Source of the DNA: Alphaproteobacteria bacterium
GTDB lineage: Bacteria > Pseudomonadota > Alphaproteobacteria > RF32 > CAG-239
DNA length: 53,082 bases
Reading direction: 5' to 3'
NCBI GenBank assembly: GCA_031550205.1
Contig: JAVBOV010000039.1
Location: forward strand, 1-53,082
The notes under the pieces were generated by a model. The model was not told the DNA's origin and made no database searches. It saw only the letters and a list, made by a program, of their open reading frames with translations. Numbering within the stretch: the stretch's first letter is position 1; each line of letters begins with the position of its first letter. The position numbers and the translations under genes are program-made. Below, in pieces: positions 9,243 through 19,958 of the stretch.

Positions 9243-9575
9243 TTATTCTTTAACTTCAGCGGCTTTGGTTTCTTTTTTGGCGGCAATGTCCAAAATCTTA
9301 ACCATAGTGATTTGCTGTCTGTGGCCGTTCTTGCGGCGGTAGTTTTGTCTTCTTTTCTTTTTGAAAACAATAATCTTGTCGTCTTTGGCCTGTTTAACAA
9401 TGGCGGCTTTAACCGAAGCACCTTTAACTAAAGGAGTGCCGACAGTTTCACCCAAAGCCAAAACCTGGTCAAAAACCACGTTTTTGCCTTCTTCACCTTC
9501 AATCTTTTCAATTTTGATAAGATCGCCGGTGTTAACTTTGTATTGTTTTCCGCCTGTTTTAATTACTGCGTACAT
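9243..9575 (-). CDS. rplU: 50S ribosomal protein L21
   Basis: MYAVIKTGGKQYKV, FKKKRRQNYRRKNGHRQ. Confidence 0.99.
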   Translation of the reverse strand: MYAVIKTGGKQYKVNTGDLIKIEKIEGEEGKNVVFDQVLALGETVGTPLVKGASVKAAIVKQAKDDKIIVFKKKRRQNYRRKNGHRQQITMVKILDIAAKKETKAAEVKE

Positions 9576-9651
9576 TTCAATTCACCTACTTTTTAAAAAT
9601 TGCTGAGTGCAATATACATAAAGTTTTTAAGCTGTCAATAGGAATCTGCAA

Positions 9652-10110
9652 TTATTTTGGCTTCAAACGGCGATAAATCTCGGGGCGCATGAATTTTCCC
9701 TGCCAAAGGCCTTTTTTGCCAAGCCGGGCTTGGTTTTCTTCATCGGGAAAACCCTCGGTTTTGAAGTCATATGAGAGAGCCCAACCGTCTTCAACCATTT
9801 TTTTGTTGATATTCAAATCGTTAACGTAGCAAATGGCCAGCTTTCGCTTATAGGTGTCGTGCCCCAAAAAATTGCACTTCAGCGGATTTTTGCCGATTAT
9901 TTTTTTTAATTCTTCAGTGGCTTTGGCGCCGCAGTCATAAGATTTTTGATCTTTGTCGAAGCACATTTGCTTATATTCCGGGGCGTCAATGCCCTGCAGG
10001 CGCACTCTTTTGCCGTCAACTTCCAAACTGTCGCCGTCGACCACTTTGTGGTAGGCGAGGGCGGAATTTGCCAAAATCAGGCAAAAAAACAAGAAAATGA
10101 ACAATCTCAT
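9652..10110 (-). CDS. thermonuclease (SNase) family secreted protein
   Basis: Signal peptide, VVDGDSL, VRLQGIDAPE, DTYKRKLA, KGLW. Confidence 0.93.
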   Translation of the reverse strand: MRLFIFLFFCLILANSALAYHKVVDGDSLEVDGKRVRLQGIDAPEYKQMCFDKDQKSYDCGAKATEELKKIIGKNPLKCNFLGHDTYKRKLAICYVNDLNINKKMVEDGWALSYDFKTEGFPDEENQARLGKKGLWQGKFMRPEIYRRLKPK

Positions 10111-10194
10111 TTAACAACTCTAAAAAAATATTTAACCTTTAATATTCTTTATCCTATAATAAGGCAAATTTAAAGAACAATTTAGAGGTTTATC

Positions 10195-11046
10195 GTGCTT
10201 AAAAAATTTGCTGTCCTCCTTTTGGTTTGCGCCATATCTGCCTGTGGTTTCTTCCGCAAAGAAGAAGCCGTTTCCACCGCTGATGAGCCTCAGGTTATCA
10301 GCAATGTGGAGGTGCAAAACGCCCGCATTAAGCCGACCAGAAAGATTGTTGTCTGCCGGGAAAAACAATGTGCGCCGGCGCATTTGTCAATGTCCAAGGA
10401 ATATATTTATAACAGCATGCAGCATTTGCTGAGCAACAACAACCACAAAACCGCTCTGGTCTGCGAGGCGGATTATGCCACCCATACTTGCACCGAGAAC
10501 TATATTACCATGCCGATTAAGGTTGGGGTTACTCCGGCTTATATGTATATAGACTCTGTTAAAATTACAGATATTTCGGTGGAAAAGGGCAAATCGGCCT
10601 TAAACCTGCTTTTGAATTATAATGTGACTTATAACGGCCAGAGCCCGGAGTGTCTGCCTTCGAAGACTTTGATGTTTATTAAGGATGTGAACAATATTAT
10701 TGTTGAGGATGCCGGCTATAGCTGCAAAATGACCACAATCGGCAAATCGACGGTTAAGACCTTGTTTGTGGTTGATTATATTGATTTGGATTATGGTTTT
10801 ATCGGCGGATTTTATTCTATAGGCACTTCAGGTCCGGCTTATGGCGGCGGAACCGGTTATATGTTAATCAGGCTGCCGAAAAATGCTTATCCGCTAGATC
10901 CGTCATTGTTGCAGGACGAGACTAGGGCTAAGAAGGCAGATACGGAGCATGCGACCACCATGAAGGGGGCAAAGACTAAAGCTACCGGAACTCAGACCAA
11001 GGATATCGGCGAAGGCCAGGTTGAGGTGTTTCCGATTAAGAAATAG
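10195..11046 (+). CDS. Cys-containing lipoprotein of unknown function
   Basis: Lipobox ISAC, GTG start after AGAGG, terminator directly after stop. Confidence 0.8.
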   Translation: MLKKFAVLLLVCAISACGFFRKEEAVSTADEPQVISNVEVQNARIKPTRKIVVCREKQCAPAHLSMSKEYIYNSMQHLLSNNNHKTALVCEADYATHTCTENYITMPIKVGVTPAYMYIDSVKITDISVEKGKSALNLLLNYNVTYNGQSPECLPSKTLMFIKDVNNIIVEDAGYSCKMTTIGKSTVKTLFVVDYIDLDYGFIGGFYSIGTSGPAYGGGTGYMLIRLPKNAYPLDPSLLQDETRAKKADTEHATTMKGAKTKATGTQTKDIGEGQVEVFPIKK

Positions 11047-11159
11047 AGAAAAAGCCTTCGAAAGAAGGCTTTTTTGGTGAAGGGTGAAGAGTGGCGGAAG
11101 TTTTTTTAGTGGTTAGCGGATAGGGGCGGCGGTCAGGGGTCAGTGTTGGAATGATGTTA

Positions 11160-11188
11160 AAAAAGCTCTGCTGAGGCAGAGCTTTTTT
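11160..11188. terminator. bidirectional terminator-like hairpin
   Basis: AAAAAGCTCTGC-TGAG-GCAGAGCTTTTT; near-identical copy at 11773-11802. Confidence 0.8.
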
Positions 11189-11264
11189 GTGGCGTTGATT
11201 ATGTGCGCTTTATTTGTAGAACAACAGCTCTTTATGTGGATTATTTTGCCATATGTAAATTACC

Positions 11265-11320
11265 TTGCCATTTGTTAAAAATGGCATTAAATTATACATC
11301 GTACATCGACGGTCGATGCC
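11265..11320 (+). promoter_or_regulatory. putative promoter with adjacent operator-like motif (copy 2)
   Basis: TTGCCA-N17-TAAATT immediately followed by TACATCG-TA-CATCGACG-GT-CGATGCC. Confidence 0.55.
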
Positions 11321-11392
11321 CGGTGTATATGGGTCAGTTTGAAGAGCGTAATACATAATGTGTGTAGCATTTGGTTATAAGGAAAAATTGAT

Positions 11393-11689
11393 ATGAAAAT
11401 GGATGTGAGGCAAAATCCGGCGGTTGGTGAGATATATAAATATTGCCGCAAATATGGGATGAATCCGAATGAGTTGTCTTTGTTTATGAAGGTTAATTCA
11501 ATTCGAGTTTATGAGATATTAAAAGGCAAGCGTAAGGTTACGCCGGATACGGATATTCGGCTGGCCAAGGTTTTTGGTTTGGAAAACGGGCATTTTGTTA
11601 ATTTGCAGATTAAATGGGAGCTTGAGAATAAGGCCATGGAATTAGAAAGCGTAGTTGATAAGCTGAAATTCGCAGGGGATATTAAATAG
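11393..11689 (+). CDS. HigA/VapI-family antitoxin-like HTH protein (orphan)
   Basis: RVYEILKGKRKVTPDTDIRLAKVFG....FVNLQ..WEL matches HigA pattern; no upstream toxin ORF. Confidence 0.85.
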   Translation: MKMDVRQNPAVGEIYKYCRKYGMNPNELSLFMKVNSIRVYEILKGKRKVTPDTDIRLAKVFGLENGHFVNLQIKWELENKAMELESVVDKLKFAGDIK

Positions 11690-11698
11690 ATTGTTTTT

Positions 11699-11724
11699 TA
11701 CATCTTACATCGATGGACGATGTA
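11699..11724. promoter_or_regulatory. 26-bp palindromic operator-like motif, copy 3
   Basis: TACATCT-TA-CATCGATG-GA-CGATGTA, 10 bp after the HigA-like stop. Confidence 0.55.
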
Positions 11725-11805
11725 TGAAAGTATTTACATTGCTATTCGCTCTTTGTTATTTTTACCTTACGTAAAAAAGCTCTGTCTAGGCAGAGCTTTT
11801 TTGTT

Positions 11806-12198
11806 TTAATGAATAATCATGATGTTGAACATGCGGCTGTCGCAGAAGTAGATTTTGCGGCTTGAGGGTTCTAAAAGATACCAACCGCTGGTGCGGCTGT
11901 AAAAATAATAGCAGCCTTCATATTGATTGTGACGGCTATGTTTGGCCTTGACGGCGCACCTTTGCGGAAAAGTTTCAAAGGGATAATTTAGCTCTTCGGC
12001 CATATAATCTTTGAAAGTTTCTAAGATGCTTTGGAGGTCTTTTTCTGGTCGCGGTTTTGGGCAGGAGCCGATTTCCAGCAATTGAGGTTTAATTCGAGAA
12101 GCCGGAAGCCTGGACATTCTAAAATTTTCCTCTTTGTGTTCTCTGATTTTTTTGGCACGCTTTCTTTGGCGACGAGCGGCGGTGTTAAACAGGTTCAT
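11806..12198 (-). CDS. hypothetical protein (basic N-terminus)
   Basis: 130-aa ORF ending right at a terminator; no recognised motif. Confidence 0.65.
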   Translation of the reverse strand: MNLFNTAARRQRKRAKKIREHKEENFRMSRLPASRIKPQLLEIGSCPKPRPEKDLQSILETFKDYMAEELNYPFETFPQRCAVKAKHSRHNQYEGCYYFYSRTSGWYLLEPSSRKIYFCDSRMFNIMIIH

Positions 12199-12249
12199 AT
12201 AATAATGGTTTTAGTTAATAATTTTGACTTATGGGCGGAGCCTAGCAAA

Positions 12250-12867
12250 TTATTCGGTTTTGCGCAAGGATATATTGTTGTCAAAAGCGATGATGGCGAT
12301 TTTTTCGATTAAAACGCCGTTGTGGACGTCAAAATCAAAGTCTTTCCAAAAACCGCGCGGGCGGCCTTCGTTATATTTATCAAGCTCTTGGTTAACCTCA
12401 TCTTGGATGTTTAAAACATCAAGTTTTTTGCCTTTGGCGAGCATTTTGGAAAGAATTTGGTGCATGGTGTTGTCGACAAAACTTTCAATGGTGTTGAAGT
12501 TGTTTTCGGTGCGCACAATGTCGTCTGAAACCTTATAAATGATATTGGGGTTGATGATGCGAAACTCACACTGGGCGTCGATGGTGGTGTTGCTTGGCAC
12601 CAACTGGCGAACGCCGTTGGGGTTGCTTTTGACCGAGTGGGCGTTGCTGTAGATGACCTGTTTCCTGATGTCTACCTCATCAAATGTTTCAGCAATCGGC
12701 CATTTCCAGCACCAGTGTTCTTTCAAATCATATACTTTAACCGGTCTGCCCCAGCGCTTTTTGATGATGGCAAAACCTTCTTGTCTGATGTTGATGAAAC
12801 TGAGCAAGCGGCTGATGGTGGTCCAACTGACAGCTAAGAGTTCGGCAATGCTTGAAATATTATCCAT
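12250..12867 (-). CDS. SPFH/band-7-like protein, short form
   Basis: Pattern I....AIIKKRWGR......W.WKWPIAE...VDIRKQVI and IDAQCEFRIINP; GAGGT RBS. Confidence 0.6.
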   Translation of the reverse strand: MDNISSIAELLAVSWTTISRLLSFINIRQEGFAIIKKRWGRPVKVYDLKEHWCWKWPIAETFDEVDIRKQVIYSNAHSVKSNPNGVRQLVPSNTTIDAQCEFRIINPNIIYKVSDDIVRTENNFNTIESFVDNTMHQILSKMLAKGKKLDVLNIQDEVNQELDKYNEGRPRGFWKDFDFDVHNGVLIEKIAIIAFDNNISLRKTE

Positions 12868-12953
12868 TTTTTTACCTCGGTTTGATATTGTATGTTAAAA
12901 CCCCTCACCCCAACCCTCTCCCGCAAGGGGCGAGGGAGAATAGGAAGCATAGC

Positions 12954-13394
12954 ATGAAAGTTAGTATAGTAGCAATAGGTAAACTTAAAAAGAGCTCACC
13001 GGAGGCGGCGTTGATTGAGGAATATGCCAAGAGGTTGTCTTGGGATTTGGCACTCAAAGAAAAAGATAATGCGACTCAGGCTGAGGAGGCCAAGTTTTTG
13101 CTCGGTTCTATTCCAAACGGTGCCAAAGTGGTGGTTTTGGACGAGCGCGGCGAGAATTTGAAATCGACGGAGCTGGCGACCAGGGTTGAATCGTGGCAAA
13201 ATATGGGTTGTTCGGAGGTTTGCTTTTTAATCGGCGGGGCTGATGGGCATGTTGAGGAAACACGCAAAAGGGCAGATTTGGTGTTGTCTTTTGGGAAACT
13301 TACGCTGCCGCATATGTTGATGAGGGTGGTTTTGGTGGAGCAAATTTATCGGTTGCAGACGATTATTGGGAAGCATCCGTATCATCGGGAATGA
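12954..13394 (+). CDS. rlmH: 23S rRNA m3Psi1915 methyltransferase
   Basis: IVAIGKLK, LDERG, FLIGGADG, TLPHMLMRVVLVEQIYR, HPYHRE; start moved past REP-B copy. Confidence 0.97.
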   Translation: MKVSIVAIGKLKKSSPEAALIEEYAKRLSWDLALKEKDNATQAEEAKFLLGSIPNGAKVVVLDERGENLKSTELATRVESWQNMGCSEVCFLIGGADGHVEETRKRADLVLSFGKLTLPHMLMRVVLVEQIYRLQTIIGKHPYHRE

Positions 13395-13473
13395 GTGTTT
13401 TAAAACGTCATTGCGAGTGGCTTGTCCGACGTAGCCCGAGGGCGGAGTAGGAAGCGTGGCAATCTCTCTAATA

Positions 13474-13778
13474 CGTCATTGCGAGGAGCAACGCGACGTG
13501 GCAATCCCGGCCGAATCTCTTTTCTGGCGTTTTACCTGCAAATTTTTTATGTTCCTTTTGAGACCAAAAGGAACCAAAAGTCTCGCCTGCGTTTGATTTT
13601 AATATTTTGTATTTGCTCGCTTTGTTCTCTCACTACGTCAAGCTTCGTTCGAGCAGAGACACAAAGCTTGCGCATACAAAACTAAAAATCTGCACAAAGG
13701 CGGTTTTAAGAGGGGAAGGGAAACAAAACAAGCATACAAAATCTAAAAAGCTGCGGCTTAAGGCGAAATTTAGGCAGA
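13474..13778. repeat. ~300-bp composite structured repeat
   Basis: Shares TTTTACCTGCAA..TTTTATGTTCCTTTTGAGACCAAAAGGAACC.AAAGTC and ACAAAATCTAAAAAGCTGC..TAAGGC blocks with 30425-30720. Confidence 0.75.
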
Positions 13779-13786
13779 TGGTTGGT

Positions 13787-14401
13787 TTATAAGGAATCTA
13801 TATTTTCAGCTAAATCTTGTAAAAATGGAAGGGTGCGGGTAAGGACATTTTTTTCATATTTATAAAAATCTCTCATATCTCTACGTAATTCTAGTTGCAA
13901 GATGTTTTTAAAGCCTTTTTCTTGCATTTTTGGAGTAAAACCAAAGCTTGCATGATAATCAGGATGGTTTAAAATATGGGATATTTGATATTTTTCACAA
14001 AGATTTTTAATTATTTCTATTTCTTTTTTATAATCGCTTGGTGGTAAAATGCCCGTACCGACAGCCAGTTCAAAGGGAACATCTTGTTTCATGCCATGAA
14101 TGTCTAGAAAATAAACATCTTCCGGAAGGCTGAGGGTTTGAACAAATTTACTAATAGTGGATTTGAATGGGGTGTATTTCTTTCTAATTATTTTAGAATA
14201 TTTTTGCATGCTCATTACAATAGCGCCGGTGAACAAATCAGATGCTTTTGTGCTTTTTGATGTAAATGTTCTTACTGAGTGTGGAGCAGAGAATATGACT
14301 TTGCTTTTTTTATCTATAAACTCGAAAATGGGCTCTTTGTCAACTTCTCCTTGAAAGTCGTTTTGGGTAAAAGATTCATCATATTTTATTAGCTTTTCCA
14401 T
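13787..14401 (-). CDS. hypothetical, N-formylglutamate amidohydrolase/Zn-exopeptidase-like
   Basis: SAPHS, LDIHGM and LQLEL motifs; coupled to uvrB; AT-rich. Confidence 0.6.
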   Translation of the reverse strand: MEKLIKYDESFTQNDFQGEVDKEPIFEFIDKKSKVIFSAPHSVRTFTSKSTKASDLFTGAIVMSMQKYSKIIRKKYTPFKSTISKFVQTLSLPEDVYFLDIHGMKQDVPFELAVGTGILPPSDYKKEIEIIKNLCEKYQISHILNHPDYHASFGFTPKMQEKGFKNILQLELRRDMRDFYKYEKNVLTRTLPFLQDLAENIDSL

Positions 14402-16371
14402 TATAAATTCTTCAAGGCTAATAGTTCTAGTTTTTTGATTTCTTCTCTGTAGATCATGGCTTGTTCGAATTCGAGGTCGGTGGCGGATTGTTTCATTTTT
14501 TTGGTTAGTTCTTTGATTTTCTTTTCTACGTTTTTGACCTCTTCGGGGTTGTCGATTTTTTCAAAGTCCATTTCAGACATATCACGCAGGGTTGAGGAAA
14601 TGCTTTTTTCGATGGTTTTTGGGGTGATGCCGTGCTCTGCGTTAAATTTCAGCTGTTTTTCGCGGCGGCGGCTCGTTTCATCTAAGGCTTCCTGTAAGGA
14701 TTTGGTGATTTTGTCGGCGTATAAGATTACCCTGCCCTCAACGTTGCGGGCGGCGCGGCCTATGGTTTGGACTAATGACCGGGTGGAGCGCAAAAAGCCT
14801 TCTTTGTCTGCGTCTAAAATGGCAACCAGCGAGCATTCGGGAATGTCCAAGCCCTCACGCAGGAGGTTGATGCCGACCAGAACGTCAAACACGCCAAGGC
14901 GCAAATCGCGGATGATTTCTATTCTTTCCAGAGTTTCAATATCGGAGTGCATATAACGCACTTTAATGCCGTTGTCGTTTAAGTATTCGGTTAAATCCTC
15001 GGCCATTTTTTTGGTGAGAGTGGTGACCAAAACGCGTTTGCCTTTGGCTACTACCTGGCGGCATTCGTGCATCAGATTATCTACCTGGTCGCCGGCAGAG
15101 CGGATGATGCAGACCGGGTCGGCAAGGCCGGTGGGGCGGATGACTTGTTCGGCAAAAACGCCGTGACTTTGCTCTAATTCCCAATCTCCGGGGGTGGCGG
15201 AAACAAAAATGCTTTGGCCGCGCATTTTATTCCATTCCTCAAACTTTAAGGGGCGGTTGTCTGTGCAGGAGGGCAGGCGAAAACCATAATCAGACAAGGT
15301 GGTTTTGCGGTTGCGGTCGCCCTTATACATGGCGCCGATTTGGGGGATGGAGATGTGGCTTTCATCTACAAAAACAATGGCGTTTTTGGGAAGATATTCA
15401 AACAATGTGGGCGGCGGCTCGCCGGGGGCGCGGCCGGTTAAAAAGCGCGAATAATTTTCAATGCCTTTGCAGTGGCCGGCGGTTTCCAGCATTTCCAGGT
15501 CGAACTTGGTGCGCTGTTCAAGCCTTTGCGCCTCAAGCAGTTTATTTTCTTTTTTAAACTCTTCCAAGCGCTCTTTGAGTTCTTTTTTGATGCTGACCAT
15601 GGCTTGAGAAAGTGCCGGGCGCGGTGTAACGTAGTGGTTGGCCGGATAAACCATTATCTCTGTTAAATCGGCGGTTTTTTTGCCGGTGAGGCTGTCGAAC
15701 TCATAAATGTCGTCTATCTCATCACCAAAGAAAGAAATGCGCCAAGCGCGGTCTTCGTAGTGAACCGGAAAAATATCCAAAGTGTCGCCCTGCACGCGGA
15801 AGGTGCCGCGGACAAAGTTTTGCTGGTTTCTTTCATATTGCAGCTGGGCAAGGTTTTTATAAACCTCTTTAATGTCAATTTCCTGGCCTTTTTTGATGCC
15901 AAAAGCCATGGAGGAATATGATTCCATGCTGCCCAAACCATAAATGCAGGAAACCGAGGCAACGATGATGACGTCTTTGGCCTCAAGAACATTACGGGTG
16001 GCGCCGTGACGCATGCGGTCGATTTGCTCGTTGATGGCCGAATCTTTTTCAATATAGGTGTCGGTTTTTGGCACATAAGCTTCAGGCTGGTAATAGTCGT
16101 AATATGAAACAAAATATTCCACATTGTTGTTTGGGAAAAATTCTTTCATTTCAGAGTATAGCTGAGCGGCCAGAATTTTGTTGGGAGCCATGATGAGAGC
16201 CGGCCTTCCGGTTTGTTCAATGACTTTGGCCATGGTGAAGGTTTTGCCGGAACCGGTAACGCCTAATAAGACCTGGTTTCTTTCTCCGTTTTTGAGGCCT
16301 TGGCAAAGTTCTTTGATGGCGGTGGGTTGGTCACCGGCCGGTTCAAACTTTGATGTCAGCTTAAACTCCAT
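14401..16371 (-). CDS. uvrB: excinuclease ABC subunit B
   Basis: [48 protein letters not shown]-terminal UVR domain. Confidence 0.99.
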   Translation of the reverse strand: MEFKLTSKFEPAGDQPTAIKELCQGLKNGERNQVLLGVTGSGKTFTMAKVIEQTGRPALIMAPNKILAAQLYSEMKEFFPNNNVEYFVSYYDYYQPEAYVPKTDTYIEKDSAINEQIDRMRHGATRNVLEAKDVIIVASVSCIYGLGSMESYSSMAFGIKKGQEIDIKEVYKNLAQLQYERNQQNFVRGTFRVQGDTLDIFPVHYEDRAWRISFFGDEIDDIYEFDSLTGKKTADLTEIMVYPANHYVTPRPALSQAMVSIKKELKERLEEFKKENKLLEAQRLEQRTKFDLEMLETAGHCKGIENYSRFLTGRAPGEPPPTLFEYLPKNAIVFVDESHISIPQIGAMYKGDRNRKTTLSDYGFRLPSCTDNRPLKFEEWNKMRGQSIFVSATPGDWELEQSHGVFAEQVIRPTGLADPVCIIRSAGDQVDNLMHECRQVVAKGKRVLVTTLTKKMAEDLTEYLNDNGIKVRYMHSDIETLERIEIIRDLRLGVFDVLVGINLLREGLDIPECSLVAILDADKEGFLRSTRSLVQTIGRAARNVEGRVILYADKITKSLQEALDETSRRREKQLKFNAEHGITPKTIEKSISSTLRDMSEMDFEKIDNPEEVKNVEKKIKELTKKMKQSATDLEFEQAMIYREEIKKLELLALKNL

Positions 16372-18848
16372 TAAATCTTCTTATCAAATTTTAGAGAATC
16401 GGTATAAATTTTGGAAAACTGGCTGAAAGACTTAATCTCATCAATAGATTGGTTGATATCATTCATGTCAATTTTATCGCTTTCCAGCTTGTTGGTTAAG
16501 ATGTTGAATGTGCTTTGATATTTGGTGTTCTCAAAATATGGCATAAATTTGTTTCTGATTCTGACAATGACGGTTTCGCGGCCGGATTTTTTGAGTGCGG
16601 TTATCCAGTCCAAGATTAAATTTACCTGCTCAAGGCTCAAAGGTTTTCCCGGCTCAGGCTTATCAATCAGATATTTGATGTTGTCGGCAACATCTGCCCA
16701 TCTTTCAGCCGTCCAATATATTTCCGATTTCAGGAGGACGGCGTTTTTGCTATAGTCATTTTCAATTAAGGCCAGAGCTTCGTCGGTGTGGTCGAGGTTG
16801 GAAAGAGCCTTGGCGCGGATAATTTTGCGGTGAGCCGTTGTGGTTTCCGGAAGATTTTTGCTTTCGGTTTCATCCAAGACATCAAGAGCTTCTTTGTTTA
16901 GTCCCAAGAAAAGGTCGATTAAGGCCATGCGGGCGCCAATGCGGGCTTTTTCAACCGGATTAAGCTTGCCGGACTTTAATTGGTTGGTGAGAACCATGGA
17001 TGCACGTTCAAGCAAGTCTACCGCAACCAGACGGTCAGCCAGATTTTGGGCAATTTGGGCATATTTTTTACTTTGCGGGGCCAGCCATTCAAAATCGCGG
17101 TACAGGGAAATTGATTTTAAGGGAGACATGGCGTCTGCCTGATTATAGAGGTAAATATCTTCAAAAAGACCAACCATCTTTTCATTGATTTCAGCCGCTT
17201 TTTCGTTGCTGGTCAGCATTAAGGCAACGTTCATGGATTTAAGAGCGTTGTAATAGTCGCCGTTGGATTTATAAAGATCAGAAAGATTTTCCAGCAGAGT
17301 GATTTTGAACTTTTTTTCTCCCCAGGCATATCTGACCTTTTCAAGTTCGGCAATGGAGGCCGCAACAGGCAGGTTGATGTTGTATTCAAGCATGGCGGCT
17401 TTGAAACGGGCCATGGAGGAATATTTGCGGTCTTTGGAAGCAGCAGCTTTTTTATATTCTTTCAGGGCGTTGCGCGGATATCCCTGAAGGAAGAGCTTTT
17501 CCGCAGTATAATAGTCTATCAGCGGCTGGTTTTTGTTGTTGGTGTTGGTGCTTTTTAAGATATCGATAAAATTTTGGGCGGTCATATCATCTAGCGCGTT
17601 TAAGGCAGCTTCCACGCCGACAACGGCAACCTTTTCCTTAATGCGGTCGGGGTAGCCTTTGATTACAAAGATAAAAGACTGGATGATGGCGTTGTTTTCA
17701 GGCTTTGCTTCCAAGGCGGAATCGGAAAGGGCTTTCCAGAAAATGGCTTCATTATAGGTGGCAAGTTCTTCATAAGAAAACTCTTCGGAGGCTTCAAAAT
17801 ATTGCCGGTTTAAAAAGTATGCCACACCCTTAAGACCATGAAATTTTTCCATCATTGTTATCGGCGATTTTCTTTTTTCAAGCTCTTTTAATTGGGCTAA
17901 TGCTTCAGCGCCGAGGCCCTTGCCGATATAATAGCGAGCCAGCTCAAAATTTGCCTCGTTTTCCTGTTCAGGGGTGCCGGCGGACAGAATGTTTTGCTTA
18001 AGCCTGTCGATAACATCCAAGAACTTTTGATTCAAAAGCTCGCCGGGAATTTCGCGGCTTAAGGTGCTGATTTCGTCTGAGGTTTGCGAAAGCATTTCTC
18101 TTCTTTTTAAAAGCTCGATATTGGGAGAAATGTTAAGGCCTCTGGATGCAGAGTTTATGGTGATGCCGGTGTTGCCGCGGCTGAAGACTAAATCTCCGGC
18201 ATTGGGGATGATGACCGCGCCTTGCAAAGCTTCTAAAAATTCAACATCGGGATAAGAATATGACGAGGGAATGCGCAAGTTTACTTCATTGGTGGTGGCA
18301 ACCACAACGCTGTCTCCGATATCGGGGTCGATAAAAGACACAATGTTGCCGCTGGAGGCGGTGGGGATGAAAAGATATGGTTCGTTGACGCTGTTGGTTT
18401 GCATTGAGATGTCAAGAAAAGCACTGTAAGTGTCGATTTTTTGGCGGGAAAGGTCTACAATCCAGAGGAGGCCTTCCTTACGCAAAGAGACATTCACTCC
18501 GGGTTTTGGGGTCAGCCTTAAGAGGGTGGCTTTGGAGTGAGGAATTTGGATGAGGTTTGAGGCAAGCTCTGCAACATCTTTGGAAAGAGCAGGTATGTCA
18601 AGGTTTTGTTTTTGGTCAAAGACAACCCATAAGTGGCCGTTGCGAAGAAAAGCGGACATGCTGACCGGGTCGTTCCAGGAAAAAGCAATGCTGCCGATGG
18701 AGGCATGGGGAGACATGGTTAAGGCTTCAGGTTTGGCTTCAGCCGTTTGAGCATTTGAAAAACGGGCGGAGAAAACCAAACAAAACACCGCAAGGCACAG
18801 CCTTAGGGCTTTAAGATAAAAAGATGTTTTGTTCAGCGCTTTTAACAT
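16371..18848 (-). CDS. exported TPR-repeat protein of the fliL-fliM-motE cluster
   Basis: Signal peptide, helical repeats, RYAWG and [11 protein letters not shown] segments; position typical of alphaproteobacterial motor clusters. Confidence 0.8.
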   Translation of the reverse strand: MLKALNKTSFYLKALRLCLAVFCLVFSARFSNAQTAEAKPEALTMSPHASIGSIAFSWNDPVSMSAFLRNGHLWVVFDQKQNLDIPALSKDVAELASNLIQIPHSKATLLRLTPKPGVNVSLRKEGLLWIVDLSRQKIDTYSAFLDISMQTNSVNEPYLFIPTASSGNIVSFIDPDIGDSVVVATTNEVNLRIPSSYSYPDVEFLEALQGAVIIPNAGDLVFSRGNTGITINSASRGLNISPNIELLKRREMLSQTSDEISTLSREIPGELLNQKFLDVIDRLKQNILSAGTPEQENEANFELARYYIGKGLGAEALAQLKELEKRKSPITMMEKFHGLKGVAYFLNRQYFEASEEFSYEELATYNEAIFWKALSDSALEAKPENNAIIQSFIFVIKGYPDRIKEKVAVVGVEAALNALDDMTAQNFIDILKSTNTNNKNQPLIDYYTAEKLFLQGYPRNALKEYKKAAASKDRKYSSMARFKAAMLEYNINLPVAASIAELEKVRYAWGEKKFKITLLENLSDLYKSNGDYYNALKSMNVALMLTSNEKAAEINEKMVGLFEDIYLYNQADAMSPLKSISLYRDFEWLAPQSKKYAQIAQNLADRLVAVDLLERASMVLTNQLKSGKLNPVEKARIGARMALIDLFLGLNKEALDVLDETESKNLPETTTAHRKIIRAKALSNLDHTDEALALIENDYSKNAVLLKSEIYWTAERWADVADNIKYLIDKPEPGKPLSLEQVNLILDWITALKKSGRETVIVRIRNKFMPYFENTKYQSTFNILTNKLESDKIDMNDINQSIDEIKSFSQFSKIYTDSLKFDKKI

Positions 18849-19502
18849 TTAAAAGTTGTTACCCATAAGTTCATCGGTTATGACTTTGGCTTTGCTTTCC
18901 TGCATTTGAGATAAAATGGCGGAAGAAGTTGACGGCTTCATGTCTTTAATCAGCGAGACAACGATATCGGTATCCAATGTGTTGAAAATGCGAGCGGCGT
19001 CTTTGGGCTTCATGGTGGAATATACTTTGATTAAGGAGTTGATTTTTTCTCTTTCTTTTTCATTATATTCCTGAACCAGAGATTTAAGCTCATTGCGGTA
19101 GGCCTCAAGCTGGTCGAGCTTTTTATCAATTTCGGCTTCGGCAACTTTAAGCTGCACAGCTTTGCGGTCAATTTCTTTGCTTCTGAAGTCCAGGGCCTCT
19201 CTTCTTTCGGCAAGTTCCTGCAGAATTAAGACTTCAGACTGGGTGAAGGTATCCGGCTTTTTTGGGGTTTCTCCGGCAGGGGCTTCAGTGCTGACGGAAT
19301 CGGCGGTTTCCAAAACCTTATCAAGCTCCTGAATTTCTTTCTCAGTTTCGTTTTGGGCATAGGCCTTGCTTTGAGAGAGGGTTATGACCCGGCCGGTTTG
19401 GTTTTTAACCGCGTCAAAAACATTATGAACCTTAACGGACAAGGTTAAGGCGGCAATAAAAATGAAGATGGGGATTAGTCTGATTTTTTTAATTTTCAAC
19501 AT
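18849..19502 (-). CDS. motE: MotE/FlbB-like flagellar protein (MgtE_N-like C-terminus)
   Basis: Coiled coil then LIKVYSTMKPKDAARIF...SAILSQM. Confidence 0.8.
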   Translation of the reverse strand: MLKIKKIRLIPIFIFIAALTLSVKVHNVFDAVKNQTGRVITLSQSKAYAQNETEKEIQELDKVLETADSVSTEAPAGETPKKPDTFTQSEVLILQELAERREALDFRSKEIDRKAVQLKVAEAEIDKKLDQLEAYRNELKSLVQEYNEKEREKINSLIKVYSTMKPKDAARIFNTLDTDIVVSLIKDMKPSTSSAILSQMQESKAKVITDELMGNNF

Positions 19503-19511
19503 TTAAATACC

Positions 19512-19958
19512 TTACTTGATTGATCTTAACGCTTTTAATAGTTCCATTTCAGCCAGAGCACGTTCATCGGCCACCGTGTCTTTTTTATCGGCCGGAGCAG
19601 GGGCGGCAGGGCTGCCAGGAGCCGGCTTAAGACTGCGGGTGTCGCTGATGATGCCTTCCAGACGGTTAGCCAGGCCGTCGGCTCTTTGATTGATGAACAT
19701 GAGGTCGTCTTTTAAGGTTTTGGCGCTGGAAACAACTTCTTTTAAGCCTTCGGAAGAGTTTTCGGTGATGTTTTTGAGCTTGGGAATGGAGTTCTCGGCC
19801 TTGAAAGTGGCTTCGTTTAGGCTGGCTATCAGCTTGCCGAGAGAGTTTTGGGAAGCGCGCAGCGCATTGAGGCTTTTGTTTAGGCGATAAACATAAATGA
19901 TGGTGGGAACCAATAAAAAAATGATGGTCAGGTTGGTGAAAAGCTCAAAGTTATCCAT
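19512..19958 (-). CDS. DUF6468-like membrane-anchored coiled-coil protein
   Basis: N-terminal TM, RLNKSLNALR, LNEAT.KAENSI, ELLKALR; between fliM and motE. Confidence 0.75.
   Translation of the reverse strand: MDNFELFTNLTIIFLLVPTIIYVYRLNKSLNALRASQNSLGKLIASLNEATFKAENSIPKLKNITENSSEGLKEVVSSAKTLKDDLMFINQRADGLANRLEGIISDTRSLKPAPGSPAAPAPADKKDTVADERALAEMELLKALRSIK

Noticed and set aside
13422-13792. ORFs 13422-13685 and 13607-13792
   Set aside because: Lie wholly within palindromic repeats
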